From the human T2T-CHM13v2.0 reference genome, Homo sapiens: DNA of 64,000 bases. The notes below the pieces were generated by a model. The model did not search any database. It saw nothing but the letters and a program-made list of their open reading frames with translations, and had not been told where the DNA came from. The position numbers were made by a program, and so were the translations under genes. This document shows positions 16,240 through 42,950 of the stretch, piece after piece (position 1 is the first letter of the stretch; every line of letters begins with the position of its first letter). The DNA is taken from NCBI RefSeq assembly GCF_009914755.1, contig NC_060925.1; one strand, 5' to 3'.

Positions 16240-16344
16240 ATGGGCTGTGGCTGCAGCTCACACCCGGAAGATGACTGGATGGAAAACATCGATGTGTGTG
16301 AGAACTGCCATTATCCCATAGTCCCACTGGATGGCAAGGGCACG
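16240..16344 (+). CDS. LCK: LCK coding exon 1/12 (SH4 myristoylation/palmitoylation MGCGC; CD4/CD8 zinc-clasp CENC)
   Basis: Kozak GACCATGG; translates [35 protein letters not shown]; donor GTAAGA at 16345. Confidence 0.99.
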
Positions 16345-16646
16345 GTAAGAGGCGAGACAGGGGCCTTGGTGAGGGAGTTGGGTAGAGAATGCAACCCAGG
16401 AGAAAGAAATGACCAGCACTACAGGCCCTTGAAAGAATAGAGTGGCCCTCTCCCCTGAAATACAGAAAGGAAAAGAGGCCCAGAGAGGGGAAGGGAATCT
16501 CCTAAGATCACACAGAAAGTAGTTGGTAAACTCAGGGATAACATCTAACCAGGCTGGAGAGGCTGAGAGCAGAGCAGGGGGGAAGGGGGCCAGGGTCTGA
16601 CCCAATCTTCTGCTTTCTGACCCCACCCTCATCCCCCACTCCACAG

Positions 16647-16728
16647 CTGCTCATCCGAAATGGCTCTGAGGTGCGGGACCCACTGGTTACCTACGAAGGC
16701 TCCAATCCGCCGGCTTCCCCACTGCAAG
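16647..16728 (+). CDS. LCK: LCK coding exon 2/12 (unique domain)
   Basis: CCACAG| [27 protein letters not shown] |GTGACC; 82 nt. Confidence 0.98.
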
Positions 16729-16902
16729 GTGACCCCAGGCAGCAGGGCCTGAAAGACAAGGCCTGCGGATCCCTGGCTGTTGGCTTCCACCTCTCCCCCA
16801 CCTACTTTCTCCCCGGTCTTGCCTTCCTTGTCCCCCACCCTGTAACTCCAGGCTTCCTGCCGATCCCAGCTCGGTTCTCCCTGATGCCCCTTGTCTTTAC
16901 AG

Positions 16903-16993
16903 ACAACCTGGTTATCGCTCTGCACAGCTATGAGCCCTCTCACGACGGAGATCTGGGCTTTGAGAAGGGGGAACAGCTCCGCATCCTGGAGCA
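16903..16993 (+). CDS. LCK: LCK coding exon 3/12 (SH3 N-half)
   Basis: TTACAG| [31 protein letters not shown] |GTGAGT; 91 nt. Confidence 0.99.
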
Positions 16994-17198
16994 GTGAGTC
17001 CCTCTCCACCTTGCTCTGGCGGAGTCCGTGAGGGAGCGGCGATCTCCGCGACCCGCAGCCCTCCTGCGGCCCTTGACCAGCTCGGGGTGGCCGCCCTTGG
17101 GACAAAATTCGAGGCTCAGTATTGCTGAGCCAGGGTTGGGGGAGGCTGGCTTAAGGGGTGGAGGGGTCTTTGAGGGAGGGTCTCAGGTCGACGGCTGA

Positions 17199-17330
<132 letters not shown>

Positions 17331-17410
17331 TAAGTGGGGACCCGTCGTGGGGGTGGGTAGGAGCAGATCTAGGGATCCTGGAGCAGGGAGTAGGCCTGGG
17401 GTGGCGGTGA

Positions 17411-18083
<673 letters not shown>

Positions 18084-18086
18084 TGA

Positions 18087-18455
<369 letters not shown>

Positions 18456-18461
18456 TGATGA

Positions 18462-20550
<2,089 letters not shown>

Positions 20551-21583
20551 CTATCATGTGTATCGACTTTGATTGGTAGTTGCTTGTAGTGCTGGAGAAG
20601 GATTCTGAGGTTCATTGGAAGTGAGTGCCAGGAATGATTAGTAACATCTGCCATGGATACAATGGAAGAATGGCAGTATATCTATGTCTATGTATTTGCT
20701 GTGTGTAGGTGAGGTCTTTGTCTTTGGTAACTAGTTCAGCACTCAAAGTGGGGACACTCAGGTTGCTGTCATCCTTTTACAGGGTTTTAATCTCTTGGGA
20801 AGGGCCATTGGTCACTCACTGCATCCTAGCAACTCCCATCCATGTCCAGCTGCCCTCCACTATTAGAGAGGTGGTCCCTCAGACCCCCAGACCCCCTCTT
20901 TCTTATTCCATCCAATATATTCAGCACATAGTTATTGTTTCTTACTCTCGGCTGGGCACCAGGAACATGGATGGATGAAACAAGGTTCCTGTTGTCAGGG
21001 AAACCTGATTTTAGTTACAGCTACTGGGGAAACCAGAGTTTGTGCCATGGGAAAGTTCCAGCATGCCCATGGGAGTGTAGATGATGATCCAGTTTATTAT
21101 GCCTGGTAGGATCTAGAGAGGCTTCCTAGTGGGGCAGTCTAGCAGGGCCACGAAAGAAAAGTAGAATTTTTTTTAGCAGGCAGAGATGAAACAAAGAGGC
21201 TTTGGGGTGAGAGCCTAGTGGTCTGAGTGCAGGATCTCAAAATTGCTAAACTGTTTGAAGTCAAAGGCAGAGTGGGGGAAAGAGAAGAAGCTACCAGTGT
21301 GGACCATGCCAAGCTTAGGATACTAGTTGAGGATTCTAGGTTCTACCTTATTGGTGATGAAAAACCTACAGATCCCTCCCAGCATGCTCTACCCTAGCCC
21401 CTCTGCAAAAAAACCTTTACATATCCTGGGCATCCTTACCCTGAACACACACTCCTCCATTCTCACTCTTCAATCTTCCTTTTCACATGTCAGACACACT
21501 TCTAGACTCCCAGTTGGAGGAGAAAGGTCTGGGGGCCTCCCCCTGGGGCAACTTGGGCCAGCAACTCTTGCTTCTGCCCACAG

Positions 21584-21660
21584 GGAGTCTAGTGGATTTT
21601 CTCAAGACCCCTTCAGGCATCAAGTTGACCATCAACAAACTCCTGGACATGGCAGCCCAA
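21584..21660 (+). CDS. LCK: LCK coding exon 9/12
   Basis: CCACAG| [25 protein letters not shown] |GTAAGG; 77 nt. Confidence 0.98.
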
Positions 21661-21735
21661 GTAAGGAGACTGGGGAGGGGGGCTGGGCAAGGGAACAGAC
21701 CAGTGACGTGAAGACATCTGGCTCAGGACCGCTGA

Positions 21736-21921
<186 letters not shown>

Positions 21922-21969
21922 TAAGGGTGGTCTGGGCCCTGCAGGGTCTGGCCAAGCAGACCCAGGTGA

Positions 21970-22125
<156 letters not shown>

Positions 22126-22220
22126 TAGAGCCAAGGGCAGGAACTGAAAGGGTGATGGGAAGGGCAAGTCCATGTCTTCCCATTCAATTCTTTCCAGTCT
22201 CAGAATCTGAAACTTTGTAG

Positions 22221-27240
<5,020 letters not shown>

Positions 27241-27404
27241 CTATACCAGGCACTCCAAGTGGTGTGACTGATATTCAACAAGTACCTCTAGTGTGACCTT
27301 ACCATTGATGAAGACCAAGATTCTTTTGGATTGGTGCTCACACTGTGCCAGTTAAATATTCCGAACATTACCCTTGCCTGTGGGCTTCCAGTGCCTGACC
27401 TTGA

Positions 27405-27632
<228 letters not shown>

Positions 27633-27969
27633 GAGGCCTTGAGAGGCCCTGGGGTTCTCCCCCTTTCTCTCCAGCCTGACTTGGGGAGATGGAGTTCTTG
27701 TGCCATAGTCACATGGCCTATGCACATATGGACTCTGCACATGAATCCCACCCACATGTGACACATATGCACCTTGTGTCTGTACACGTGTCCTGTAGTT
27801 GCGTGGACTCTGCACATGTCTTGTACATGTGTAGCCTGTGCATGTATGTCTTGGACACTGTACAAGGTACCCCTTTCTGGCTCTCCCATTTCCTGAGACC
27901 ACAGAGAGAGGGGAGAAGCCTGGGATTGACAGAAGCTTCTGCCCACCTACTTTTCTTTCCTCAGATCAT

Positions 27970-28075
27970 CCAGAAGTTCCTCAAGGGCCAGGACTTTATC
28001 TAATACCTCTGTGTGCTCCTCCTTGGTGCCTGGCCTGGCACACATCAGGAGTTCAATAAATGTCTGTTGATGACT
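27970..28075 (+). mobile_element. L2 LINE 3'-end remnant in the LCK 3'UTR
   Basis: AAGTTCCTCAAGGGCCAGGACTTTATCT...TGCCTGGCCTGGCACAC...AGGAGTTCAATAAATGTCTGTTGA follows the L2 tail pattern. Confidence 0.7.
28055..28060 (+). terminator. LCK: LCK polyadenylation signal AATAAA
   Basis: First AATAAA after the stop (~420 nt downstream), followed by U/GU-rich downstream sequence (TCTCTTTGCTGT...CTTTGTGGGTGGG). Confidence 0.9.
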
Positions 28076-28435
28076 GTTGTACATCTCTTTGCTGTCCACT
28101 CTTTGTGGGTGGGCAGTGGGGGTTAAGAAAATGGTAATTAGGTCACCCTGAGTTGGGGTGAAAGATGGGATGAGTGGATGTCTGGAGGCTCTGCAGACCC
28201 CTTCAAATGGGACAGTGCTCCTCACCCCTCCCCAAAGGATTCAGGGTGACTCCTACCTGGAATCCCTTAGGGAATGGGTGCGTCAAAGGACCTTCCTCCC
28301 CATTATAAAAGGGCAACAGCATTTTTTACTGATTCAAGGGCTATATTTGACCTCAGATTTTGTTTTTTTAAGGCTAGTCAAATGAAGCGGCGGGAATGGA
28401 GGAGGAACAAATAAATCTGTAACTATCCTCAGATT

Positions 28436-33130
<4,695 letters not shown>

Positions 33131-33619
33131 AGGGAAAGAAAAGAAAGGAAACCTGCCCTCCTATCATAGGATAATCCCATTTCCTCCTGTCTAAAGAGAC
33201 GCCTACTTAGTCATCCTGGGTGACTGCATCAGGGAGGTAGATTTTGGAGTCTGAAAGGCTGGGTTCTGTCACTTTGTTACAGTGCCTCTGGTGCAAAGAA
33301 AGCATTTTAAAAACCCTGTACAATTAAAAAATTGAATTTAATTACTTTGTGTAACTTTGAATAATTCACAGAAGTCTGAACTTCTTTATCCTGTCCTGTA
33401 AAATGGAGGTAAAAAGCCCTTGGCCGAGAGCTGTTTTGAGGAAAAACTGAAATAACATTGGTAAAGTGTCGCACAGTACTTGGCACACAGCAGCCCCTCG
33501 ACAAACATTAGCTTTCTTTCCCTTTCTTGTCGGTTTCTTCCTCTCCAAACCCGCGTGTTGCTTTTCTTTTTAATTATTTTTCTGTAGCCCTCCTTTGCGG
33601 CCACAAACTCGCTTTCTAA

Positions 33620-34640
33620 CCCAGGTTCAGCCCTTTTATTGGCTGAGTGACCTTGTGCAAGTCACTTTTCCCCTGTAGGCCTCGGTTTATTCTCCGTAAA
33701 ATCAGAAAGTTGGCCTCCGATCTCCAAGCACGCTTTTCACGACGAAGTGGGACTGTTAAGTTTACAGAGCTGCTTTCCTCCCCCGGGACTGATGGTACGG
33801 TCCCCGGGCGGCTCCCCACCCATCTGTCGCAGACCTTGGTACAGGCCCAGGGGGCCCTCGGCGGCCTCTCCGGGCTGCCCTTGCCCCCTGCCGAGTTCCG
33901 GGCCCGTGTCTGCGCAAGCTGATTGGCTGGAGCGGTGCCCGGGCTGCGCGGCTATAGGTGAGCCCAGGAGGGGACGGGCGGGGCGGGCCGGAGGCCCGCC
34001 CCCTCCCCCCTGGGTCGGACGCTGAGCGGAGCCGCGGGCGGGAGGGCGGACGGACCGACTGACGGTAGGGACGGGAGGCGAGCAAGATGGCGCAGACGCA
34101 GGGCACCCGGAGGAAAGTCTGTTACTACTACGACGGTGAGCACCGTCCTCGCGGCGGGGGCGGGGCCAGGCCGGGCCGGACCGGGAACCTGGAGGCTGAG
34201 GCTGGAGCGCCGATGGGAGGCTGCGGGAGGCTGAGGCGCTGGGGAGAGGCTCGGAGAGGAGGCTGCGAGGGGGAAGTCGAGGCTGAGGGAGGAGGCTGCG
34301 AGGAAGGGAGATCGAGGCTGAGACCAAGAGGGGATCGCGTGGGGGAAGCGTGAGGTAATCTTGATGGGAAGATTCTGAGGAAGTCTGATGTGGAGAGTTT
34401 GAGTGGGACTCCTAGAGGGGAGGGTGCGTCGGAGCGGGGAGGCTGAATCTGATGGAGACGGCTGCAAGGATACATTTTCTTGCCGAGAACCCAAAGCTCT
34501 TCCCTGCCCCGTCCCTTCCTCATCTTTTCTGGGGGAAGAGTCCTGCACGACTGGTTGCCCGCCTCCCCTCCCCCAGCCTCTGAGCGGGGCCTGCGGTTGC
34601 TACTGCGACGTGGGGCGCCAGGGGTTGCAAGGAGAAGGAT
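33620..34640 (+). promoter_or_regulatory. HDAC1: HDAC1 CpG-island promoter (TSS ~34020-34030)
   Basis: CpG-dense region. Inverted CCAAT boxes (ATTGG at 33638 and 33922) and tandem/inverted GC boxes at 33976-34002, directly upstream of the HDAC1 ATG. Confidence 0.92.
34087..34135 (+). CDS. HDAC1: HDAC1 coding exon 1 (histone deacetylase 1)
   Basis: AAGATGG start; MAQTQGTRRKVCYYYD(G); donor GTGAGC at 34136; 49 nt. Confidence 0.99.
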
Positions 34641-34876
34641 GCAACCTGTTAAAACAGACTTCTCACTTAATCTCTCAAGCAGGTTACTGTGTTCGAGGAA
34701 GTGTTGAGGGGCTGGGGCCGTGGGGTTGATCGGGTCACCCTTCCCAGTGACCGAAGTTCTCTCCGTGTCAGAGCTCAGAGTGTTAGGGGAGCACAGAGAA
34801 GAGGCACCGAACTCCACCTGAGGAGTCAGCGAAGGAGGGGACATCTTAGTTAGGACCTGAAGAACAGGAGTTCTTA

Positions 34877-35380
<504 letters not shown>

Positions 35381-35712
35381 TTAGAAATTAAAGTAATGGG
35401 GGCCAGGTGCAGTGGCTCACACCTCTCTAATCCCAGTACTTTGGGAGGCTGAGGCAGGCAGATCACTCGGGGCCAGGAGTTCAGGACCAGCCTGGCCAAC
35501 ACGGTGAAACCCCATCTCTACTAAAAATACAAAATTTAGGCTGGGCACGGTGGCTCACGCCTGTAATCCCGGCACTTTGGGAGGCTGAGGCGGGCGGATC
35601 ATGAGGTCAGGAGTTCAAGACCAGCCTGACCAACATGGTGAAACCCTGTCTCTACTAAAAATACAAAAATTACCCGGGTGTGGTGGTGCGCACCTGTAAT
35701 CCCAGCTACTCA

Positions 35713-36636
<924 letters not shown>

Positions 36637-37000
36637 TAGCCAGGATGGTCTGGATCTCCTGACCTCATGATCCGCCCGCCTCGGCCTCCCAAAGTGCTGG
36701 GATTACAGGTGTGAGCCACCGCACCCGGCCCCAACTTTTTTTTTTTTTTTTTAAACTTCTAGAGATGGGGTCTCAATATGTTGCCTGGGCTTGTCTTGAA
36801 CTCCTGTGCCTGGCCTCAAGCAATCCTGCCACCTTGGCCTCCCAAAGTGCTGGGATTACAGGCCTAAGCCACTGTTTTTTTTGTTGTTGTTGTTTGTTTG
36901 TTTAGAAATAACTATTGATAACTGTTAAGATGTTTAGGGGACATCCAAGTAGAGGCATCCAGTAGGCAGTTTAGAAGATAGAAATTTTTTGGTAGTCATC

Positions 37001-37658
37001 AGTATCTTAGTCTGCTATAACAGAACACTGTTTATAAAGAACAGAAATTGCTGAATGTGGTGGCTCACGCCTATAATCCCAGTACTTTGGTAGGCTGGGG
37101 CGGATGGTTCTCTTGAGCCCAGGAGTTTGAGACCAGCCTGGGCAACTTAGGGAGACTCTGTCTCTACAAAAAGTAAAAAAATTAGCTGGGCATGATGGCA
37201 TGTGCCTGTAGAGAGGCTGAAGTGGGAGGATCACTTGATCCTGGGAGGTCGACTCTGCAGTGAGCCATGATCGCACCAGTGCACTCCAGCCTGGGGGACA
37301 GAGTGAGACCTTGTGTCAAAAAAAAAAAAAGAACATAAATGTATTTCTCATAGTTCTGGAGGCTGAGAAGTCCAAGGCTAGAAAGTCCAAGATCAGGGTG
37401 CCAGCATTTGGTGTCTGGTGAGGGTCTGGTCTCTACTTCCAATATGGTGCTTTGAATTCAGTGTTTTCATATGACAGAAGGTGGAAAGGCAAAAAAGGAT
37501 AAACTCTGTTTTTTTATATGGCCATTAATGTATTAGTGAGGATGGTAGAGCCCTTGAGACCTAAACACCTCCCAAAAGGCTCCACTTCCAAACACTGTTG
37601 GCATTGGGGAATATGTTTCCAACACATGAATTTTGGGGGACACATTCAGACCATAACA
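37001..37658. mobile_element. MLT1A-like MaLR LTR interrupted by an Alu (37050-37330)
   Basis: TCTTAGTCTGCTATAACAGAA...ATTTCTCATAGTTCTGGAGGCTGAGAAGTCCAAG...GGTGCCAGCATTTGGTGTCTGGTGAGGG...CAACACATGAATTTTGGGGGACACATTCAGACCATAACA. Confidence 0.85.
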
Positions 37659-37919
37659 ATCAGCATATGGATAGTTATTTTATTTGTTTGTTTGTTTGTT
37701 TGTTTGTTGTAGAGATGTTGTCTTGCCATGTTGTCCAGGCTGGCCTTGAAGTCCTGGGCTCAGCCTCCCAAAGTGTTGGGATTATAGGCATGACCCACCA
37801 TTCCTGGCTGCTAGCAATTTTAATTGTAGTAAATTTAGTCATAAAGGATGCAGTCACCCAATAAGTTATATAGAATTCCAGGGTGGAATTCTAAGGAAGT
37901 GGATTGAGGAAAAGTTTAG

Positions 37920-38115
37920 TGCCCCTCATGCTGTGTACTCCCCCGTGATAGTATTTGTCACTGTGTAGAGGAATTGCCCATTTACTTGGTCATATTTCTT
38001 GTAGAGAGGAGGCTCTTTAGGGAAAGGGGCCGTGCCTTGTCTACCTCTGTATCCCCAGCACCAAAAACAATGCCTAGCTCATGGTAGGTTCTCAATAAAT
38101 ATTTGTTGATTAAAT
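37920..38115 (+). mobile_element. L2 3'-end remnant in HDAC1 intron 1
   Basis: CTCTGTATCCCCAGCACC...TGCCTAGC..ATGGTAGGTTCTCAATAAATATTTGTTGATTAAATG. Confidence 0.8.
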
Positions 38116-38264
38116 GTATAATGATAGAGAGTGAGGGGCCGGAGAGGTAGGTGAACCAGAAAGTACTGGGTTGCAGAAGCTAAAGAAGGGAGGGATTGGG
38201 CAAGTGTTGGCGGCAACTGGGGCAGAAGCTAGATTGTGGTAGATTGCAGTACATGGATGGCTAA

Positions 38265-38608
<344 letters not shown>

Positions 38609-39160
38609 TAAAGGGAAGCTTGTGTGAGGTAGGGAGAGAGGATTGTTGATAAGGGAGATGGAGATGTAGTGGCTAAAAGTTGAGCATATTGAAATAATTC
38701 TTATGGAAAATAGCCAGAAGAGAGGGAGAGGCTGAAGATACAGGAAAGGGACTAGTAGTGATGGAGCTTCCTGAGGAGACCAGGGGAGATGGAAACCGGA
38801 GCCCAGCTAGAGACACTAACCTTCAACAAATTCCTTTGTGATGCGAGGGTAAATGTCAAGGAAAAGTTCAAATGGAGGTAAGTTTGAAGAGGAGAAGATA
38901 AGGAGAAAGTTGAGGGAGTTCTCAAGATCAGGAAAGAGAATATTCCTTTTCCTGAGGGTGGGGTAGGGCAGTTGGTGGAGCAGGAATCTTGAAGAGAGGA
39001 GATTTAAATAGCTTTTGCAAAAGTGGGGGGCTAGGGAAAGAAATTTGGAAGGATTGCTGGCAGTGATAAGAATCATTTTGAGGCTGGAACCTGTGATTTT
39101 TGTAGTCATATCATTTTGCACAGTTTTATGATAACATTTTATGATAACATTGTCAGTTTA

Positions 39161-39295
<135 letters not shown>

Positions 39296-39519
39296 CTACA
39301 AAACAACACAAAAAAATAAGCTGGGTGTGGTGGCACTTGCCTGTAATCGCAGCTACTTGGGAGGTTGAGGTGGGAGACTGAGGCAGGTGGATGGTTTGAG
39401 CCCAGGTGGAGCCTGCAGTGACCCATAATGGCACCACTGCACTCAGCTTGAGTGACAAAGCAAGACCCTGCCTCAAAAAAAGAAAAAGAAAAAGTACAAA
39501 GACCTCAGTCTTTAGATAA

Positions 39520-39675
<156 letters not shown>

Positions 39676-39678
39676 TGA

Positions 39679-39912
<234 letters not shown>

Positions 39913-41755
39913 TAGCCAGGATGGTCTCCATCTCCTGACCTTGTGATTCGCCCGCCTCGGCCTCCCAAAGTGGTGGGATTACAGGCGTGAGCCAGCGCGC
40001 CCGGCCTTTTTTTTTTTTTTTTGAGACCAAGTTTTGCTCTTGTTGCCCAGGCTGGAGCGCAGTGGCGCAATCTCAACTCACTGCAACCTCCGCCTCCCAG
40101 GTTTAAGCGATTCTCCTGCCTCAGCCTTCCTGAGTAGCTGGGATTACAGGCATATGCCACCACGCCCGGCTAATTTTGTATTTTTAGTAGAGACGGGGTT
40201 TCTCCATGTTGGTCAGGCTGGTCTTGAACTCTCGACCTCAGATGATCGCCTGCCTCGGCCTCCCAAAGTGTTGGGATTACAGGCGTCAGGCACCGCGCCC
40301 GGCCATTTTTTGTATTTTTAGTAGAGACGGGTTTCACCGTGTTAGCCAGGATGTTCTTGATCTCCTTACCTCATGATCCACCCGCCTCGGCCCAAAGTGC
40401 TGGGATTACAGGCGTGAGCCACTAGGCCCAGCCGGGAATAGACTTCTTACTTGAGAAACTGAGTTTTGCAGTGAGGTCATTACTTTGGGATTCAGATTTG
40501 GCTCTGCCATTGAGAAGCTTTGTAATATCAGGCAAGTCACCTTACATTTCAGATTTCTCTCCTATAAAATCAAAATGATAGGAGTTCCTATTATGAGAAC
40601 AATGATGGGAAAGCTCTTTAAGAGTTTAAAGTATGGCTGGCGCCATGGCTCACGTCTGTAATCCCAGCACTTTGAGAGGCCGAGGTGGGCGGATCACTTG
40701 AGGTCAGGAGTTCAAGACAAGCCTGGGCAACATGGTGAAACCCTGACTCTACTAAAAATACAAAACTTAGCCAGGCGTGGTGGCACATGTCTGTAATCCC
40801 AGCTACTCAGGAGGCTGAGGCAGGAGAATTGTTTGAACCTGGGAGGCAGAGGTTGCAGTGAGCCTGAGATCGCACCACTGCACTCCAGCCTGGGTGACAG
40901 AGTGAGACTCTGTCTCCAAAAATAAAAATTAAAATTAAGTAGTACCTAAATAAAAAGGACCATTTCTTTTAAAGTCTCTCAGCAACCTGATTAAGATATA
41001 GAGATATATCTTTATTTTAATTACAGTAAATTTAATCATAAAGGATGCAGTCACCCAAGAAGTTATATAGAAGAGGATCCAGGGTGGAATTCTAAGGAAG
41101 TGGACAGTGTCCCTCATGCTGTGTGCTCCCCTGTCATAGCATTTGTCAATGTGTATAGGAATACACACAGCACGGGTTGGCAAACTAATTAAAAACTGTT
41201 AAGAAAAGGATGGTTGGCCTGCACTGTTGGAGGCTCACATCTGTAATCCCAGCACTTTAGAAGGCTGATCAGGAGTTTGAAACCAGCCTGGGCAACAAAG
41301 CAAGATGCCATCTCTACAAACAAACAAACAAAAACATCAAACAAAAAAAAACATAAAAAGAAAAGGATGCTGTCTCAGAGCCCCACCCTCACTACCCTCA
41401 CCTCAGATACTCCCTTAACCTTCTGGATAAGATATCTTAGTCCCCCAGGTCTGAGCCTTGGCTGGATCTAGGCTTGATAGGCAAGGGAGTTGCTAGGGAT
41501 CAAGGCTCATGCCTTTTTTTCACTGGGTGCCTAGAGCTCTGCCTCATCCTAATAAATCTCTAAGGAGAGATCTTTGGGTGTGTAGTTCACTTGATTTTGC
41601 AACATTGTTCAAGGAATTTTCTATCAGGTAGACTTATAGAGCCCTCTAGATTAAGTGCAAACTGAAGTAGGTACCTGAGAAGCCCAATGTAGGGCCTGGC
41701 ACGGTGGCTCACACCTGTAATCCCAGCACTTTGGGAGGCCGAGGTGGACGGATCA

Positions 41756-42050
<295 letters not shown>

Positions 42051-42718
42051 TCAGTCATTAGCTGTGTGATCTTGAGCAGGCACTTAACTTCTCTGAGTCT
42101 CAATTCAATTCATTGAATCTTTATTGAGCCTCTGTGATATACAAGGCATATTAATCCTTGCCTTCAAGGGGTACCCAGTCTTGTGGATATAGTCATGTAA
42201 ATAATTCAGATATAAAACAATCCTAGCACTTTGGGAGGCTGAGGTGGGCATATCACTTGAGGTGAGGAGTTCCAGACCAGCCAGGCCAACATAGTGAAAC
42301 CCCACCTCTACTAAATATGAAAATTAGCTGGATTTGGTGGCACGCACCTGTAATCCCAGCAATTTAGGAGGCTGAGGCAGGAGAACTGCTTGAACCTGGG
42401 AGGCAGAGGTTGCACTGAGCCGCCGAGATAGTACCATTGCACTCCAGCCTAGGCGACAGAGTGAGACTCCGTCTCAAGAAATAAAAAAAAAAAGAAAAGA
42501 AAACTAATGAAGTGCTGTATACAAATTGCATGTAGAGGAAAAGACCATTTATTTTGATCAAGAAAGGGTTTGGAGCTTGAGGTGGGCTTTGTAGTATGAG
42601 CATCATCAAAGAAAGGAGGACATTTCAGGTCAAAGGAATAGTCTGCACAGAGGATACTGTGGTGTGAAGGTGAATGTCATGTTCAGGATACTGATCATAA
42701 TCTGGTGTGTCTGGAGCA

Positions 42719-42950
42719 CAGGTTGGCAAACTTTTTCTATATAGGGCCAGATAGTAAATATTTTAGGCTTTATTTTGCCATATGCTTGGGTGTCTGTGGC
42801 AACTAAACTGCTCAGCTCTGCCACTGTAGTGTGAAAACAGCCATAGAGGAACTGTAAACGGATGGGCATGGCTGTGTTCCAATAAAATTTTATTTACCAA
42901 AACAGGCAACTAGTTGTATTTGTCCCAAGGGCCATAGTTTGCCTACTCCA
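42719..42950 (+). mobile_element. MER58A-like (hAT-Charlie) MITE
   Basis: CAGGTTGGCAAACTTTTTCT..GGGCCAGATAGTAAATATTTTAGGCTTT...GGCTGTGTTCCAATAAAATTTTATTTAC...GGCCATAGTTTGCC. Confidence 0.85.

Noticed and set aside
33951-33957. CTATAGG as an HDAC1 TATA box
   Set aside because: Poor match to TATAWAWR and ~70 nt from the inferred TSS. The promoter is GC-box/CCAAT type.
33737-34844. Long antisense ORFs (196-238 aa) over the HDAC1 CpG island
   Set aside because: Stop-codon scarcity in GC-rich sequence; Pro/Ser/Arg low-complexity with no recognisable domain.
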